A stretch of 64,000 nucleotides of DNA from Selaginella moellendorffii. Lineage: Eukaryota > Plantae > Lycopodiophyta. A model generated the notes under the pieces. The model saw only the letters and a list, made by a program, of their open reading frames with translations, ran no database searches and was not told the DNA's origin. Both the position numbers and the translations under genes were made by a program. The DNA lies in assembly GCF_000143415.4 (NCBI RefSeq), contig NW_003314360.1, forward strand, positions 228,284-292,283, given 5' to 3'. Below are positions 60,839-64,000 of the stretch, in pieces (position 1 is the stretch's first letter; each line of letters begins with the position of its first letter).

Positions 60839-63329
60839 ATGGGTTGCGCAGCATCGAAAGTGAGCAAGGCGGAGGATGTGAGTAGATGTCGCGCGAGACG
60901 AAGGCTCATGAAGCAGACAGTGGCGTCAAGGCATCACTTTGCGGCAACTCACGCGGCTTACATCCAAGCCATGAAGAACGTAGGGGCGGCTTTCCGGCAA
61001 TTTGGAGAGACCGAGCTTCGTGATGCTCAAGCAGCAGCCGCCGAGCGTACAAAATCGAGCTCCCTTCAGTCACCCGATCGCCCACTTCCTCCACCTCCGC
61101 CGCCAGTGTTCCTCCAAGACTCTCCTCGCATGGAGTTCCTTTCTCCTCCCGCATCTCCCATCAAGACGGAAGATCACGAGAGCGAGGAAGCCAAGGATCA
61201 GGAGCGCCGCCAACGCAAGAGAGAACAGGAGCAGCAGCAAAGTCGGTTCCAAAAGTTGGAGCAAGAGCACGAGGGCTTCTACTATCACCGTGGCGATGAC
61301 AAAGATGACAAGGGAGCGTACTACTTTACTGCTCCACCGCCTCCTCCAGTTCCCTCGAGCACAGCTCCGCCTCCACCGTCGCCTCCAAGAGACTCGGCCT
61401 GGGAGTTTCTGGATCCGTTCAGGCCGCAAGAGCACCCGGTTCTTCTTCACGACCAACGCACCTCGAAAAAGGTGGAGGTTTCTAAGCAGGACCGCGAGAG
61501 AATGGAAGATCACCACCACCACCACCACCACGATGATGATGATGACGATGAGGACGACGATGACGAGCACGAAGTGTCCAGCAACCCGGACAAGCCGGTG
61601 GTTGTCAAGAATCCCAGCGTCATTGGTTCCAGCAAGCGGGACTTGGCGATTATTCTACTCCCGAGTGGCGGGATTGGACGCAAGGACCTTCTCGACGTTG
61701 TCAAGGAGGTTGATGAGTTGTTCCTTCGTGCTTACGAGTGTGGGAAGGACGTTTCCAAGCTTCTGGAGGCGAGAAAGGTTCACTACCACTCTAATTTCGT
61801 CGACTCAAGAGGTAACGCTTTCTATCATTTGCTTTATAACTAAGTTCCAAAACATCTTGCAGGACATGAATCGCACTCGAAGAGAGTGTTGCAAGCAATT
61901 TCTCTAGGCCACAGAGGTTCGAGCAAAACCCCTTTGAAGGTAGTTGCTTCCGAGGATCACCTAAGCAGCCCCGAGGACTCTGGTAAAGCTGGAAGTCATG
62001 CCGGTACTCTGGACAGCTTGTTGGCCTGGGAGAAGAAACTGTACGAAGAAGTTAAGGTAATTTCTCGTGCTTCCTGTTGCCAGTCTTATGTTTAAATGTG
62101 TTATGGCAGAATACAGAAGTGATACGAGCTGAGTACCGGAAAAAATGTTCCCCCAAGCTCCAGGAAGAAATGAGCGACGCAACCAGGTCCATGATCAAGA
62201 CCTTGTCCACGAAAATTCAGGTGTCGCTGCAGGGTGTGGACACGGCAATCTCGGCCATTAACAAGCTCAAGGAAGACGAGCTTCATACACAACTTGTTCA
62301 ACTTATTGAAGGGTATGTACGAGGTTTTGGGTTTCTGTCAATCACTGATTTTCTTAGAACAGGCTAATGAACATGTGGAACGAGCTTTACGATTGTCACC
62401 AAAGACAACACAAGATCGCATCGGACATGAAATCCTTAGACCACTGGGGGACTGTGGAGCCGACAACTAACATCCACAGACTAGCAACTTCTCAGCTCGA
62501 ACTAGCGCTCGGTGCGTGGCTCGCAGGATTCAACAAGCTCATCTCCGCGCAGCGAGATTACCTCCACAACCTGACGGGCTGGCTTCGACTTAGCAACATG
62601 CAGCTCGAGTTGGAATCCGCCAGGGAAACTCCAGGCAGCAAGAAGAAGCAAGCCACGGCAAGGCCGGCGTGGCTGGCGTCCATGCTCCAGCTCTGCCTGG
62701 ACTGGAGCTTGGCGCTGGACAGACTGCCAGACAAGGTAGCCTCGGAGTCGATCAAGAGCTTCGAGGCCGTGGTTCACAAGCTGGTGGATCTCCAGAACGA
62801 GGAAGTGAAGCACAGGAAGAAGCTGGATGCTGTCTCCAAGGAATTCGACAAGAAGATGGCACGCTTGTCAGCGAGTACGAAGCATCGCAAAGCGAGCCGG
62901 GAAGAGCAGCAGCAGCAAGCCACTGACACTCGAAAGGAGAAAGATCCAGACAAAGAGAAGGCGGCGGCGGAGAACGATCCGCCTGGATCAGCTGAAGCGA
63001 CGAACGAAGATAGCAATCTGGTGGAGTCCATCCCGAGCATCCTGCGAGCAGCAGCAAATCGAGGCAGTGGCAAATCGAGGCGGCGGGGCTCTCCCGAGGA
63101 GAGGATGCGTCAGGCTGTGAATTCGATCCAGGCAAAGCTCGAGGAAGAGAAGGAGCGAGTGGCAAAGGTGGTGTTTGACACGAGGGCGACGACCATCAAC
63201 AGCTTACACACGGGATTGCCGAGCATCTTTCAGGCGGTGGCAGGATTCGGTCGCATCTCCCTCCATGCGTATCAGAGCCTCTACTGCCAGGCACACAATG
63301 GCGCTCTCCTCCGGATCACTCAAGCCTAG
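60839..63329 (+). CDS. DUF630/DUF632 (NRG2/APSR1-like) protein; exons 60839-61811, 61863-62056, 62110-62312, 62363-63329
   Basis: MGCAASK..CRARRRLMK..HAAYIQAMKNVG (DUF630), SAWEFLDPF, SHAGTLDSLLAWEKKLYEEVK and GLMNMW..CHQRQ (DUF632); the frame is kept across GT-AG introns. Confidence 0.93.
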
Positions 63330-64000
63330 GGACGATGACAAGTGTGCCCTAGCGCTAAATAGGGCAAAGGTAGTACTGCCACGTGTATGTAGTACTCATT
63401 GCCACGTGTATGTAGTTATTATTCTAGTTAATATTCTAGTTAATGAATCGCTTTTCCCGCGGTGATTTTCAAATTTTCTTGAGCCCCACTTGTGCGCGGG
63501 GCCTTGAGATCCGGGCAGGGCGGAAGAACCCTAATCGTGCGACACGAATCGAGCGAGGGAGAAAGAGGAGGGGAGAAATTCCTTTCCCATATCTTGCCTC
63601 GCGGAGGAGAGATTTGATTAGATTGAGGAGCCGCCCGTTGCGTGTTGGGTGCGCGCGGATTGATGTGCCCGCATTTAATTAATCCGGTCGCGCAAGGAAG
63701 GGAGAATTTCCCGTTTGTGGGCTTTTGCATCGCGGTGCGCTGCCCGATCTTCGTTTTTTGGCGCTGCCTGGCCGCGCCGCTGACAGCCACTGCCCAGGCA
63801 TTCCTTTCTTTCTTCGCTGGTCTCTCTCTCGTGTTCTGGGGATTTCTATTTCTTGTCTCCATCCAAAGCAGGCACAAGCTCTCGCTTTCGAGGTCACGAT
63901 CGTTGTTTTGGAGTGGAGATCACATTGATAGATAGATAGCTCCCCCCCTTTTTTTTAATCGCGCTCTTGTTCGTGTTCTTCCGGTGATCGATCGATGGAA

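Noticed and set aside
61511-61565. (CAC)n(GAT)n microsatellite
   Set aside because: It encodes an ordinary poly-His/Asp tract in the disordered linker of the DUF630/632 protein.
63440-64000. ORFs near the window end
   Set aside because: Non-ATG starts, no motifs, and CT-rich, telo-box-containing sequence typical of a promoter or 5' UTR of a gene outside the window.

Overview
Eukaryotic land-plant genomic DNA. The 50-70 bp introns, tightly packed genes and 31-aa-repeat PPR gene suggest a lycophyte such as Selaginella (inference). About 1-54 kb is a transposon-rich, segmentally duplicated region. It holds two nests of LTR retrotransposons with resolvable LTRs and target-site duplications (TSDs). 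The first nest (4.9-16 kb) is a decayed chromovirus hosting a near-intact Ty3/gypsy element and an internally deleted, self-priming Tf1/Tcn1-type chromovirus. The second (36.9-51.9 kb) is a 15-kb element hosting a 7.3-kb element, a solo LTR and a 601-bp Cassandra-like TRIM whose LTRs carry 5S rRNA sequence. A 6.4-kb Helitron with both termini (22233-28614, minus strand) carries a captured UDP-glycosyltransferase fragment bracketed by 108-bp direct repeats, and its empty site survives in a paralogous segment at 1739/1740. Apparently intact host genes are an extracellular LRR protein, a PEBP (FT/TFL1/MFT-family) protein with a signal peptide, a PLS-E PPR protein, U2AF35, a small membrane protein and a DUF630/DUF632 protein. 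Pseudogenes include PEBP, LRR, KLHDC4-like (two copies), RBM22/MAC5 and a fungal-like FAD oxidoreductase. There is also a 1.9-kb foldback inverted repeat, a LINE remnant and two 100-N assembly gaps. All comparisons were done by eye; no database searches were run.
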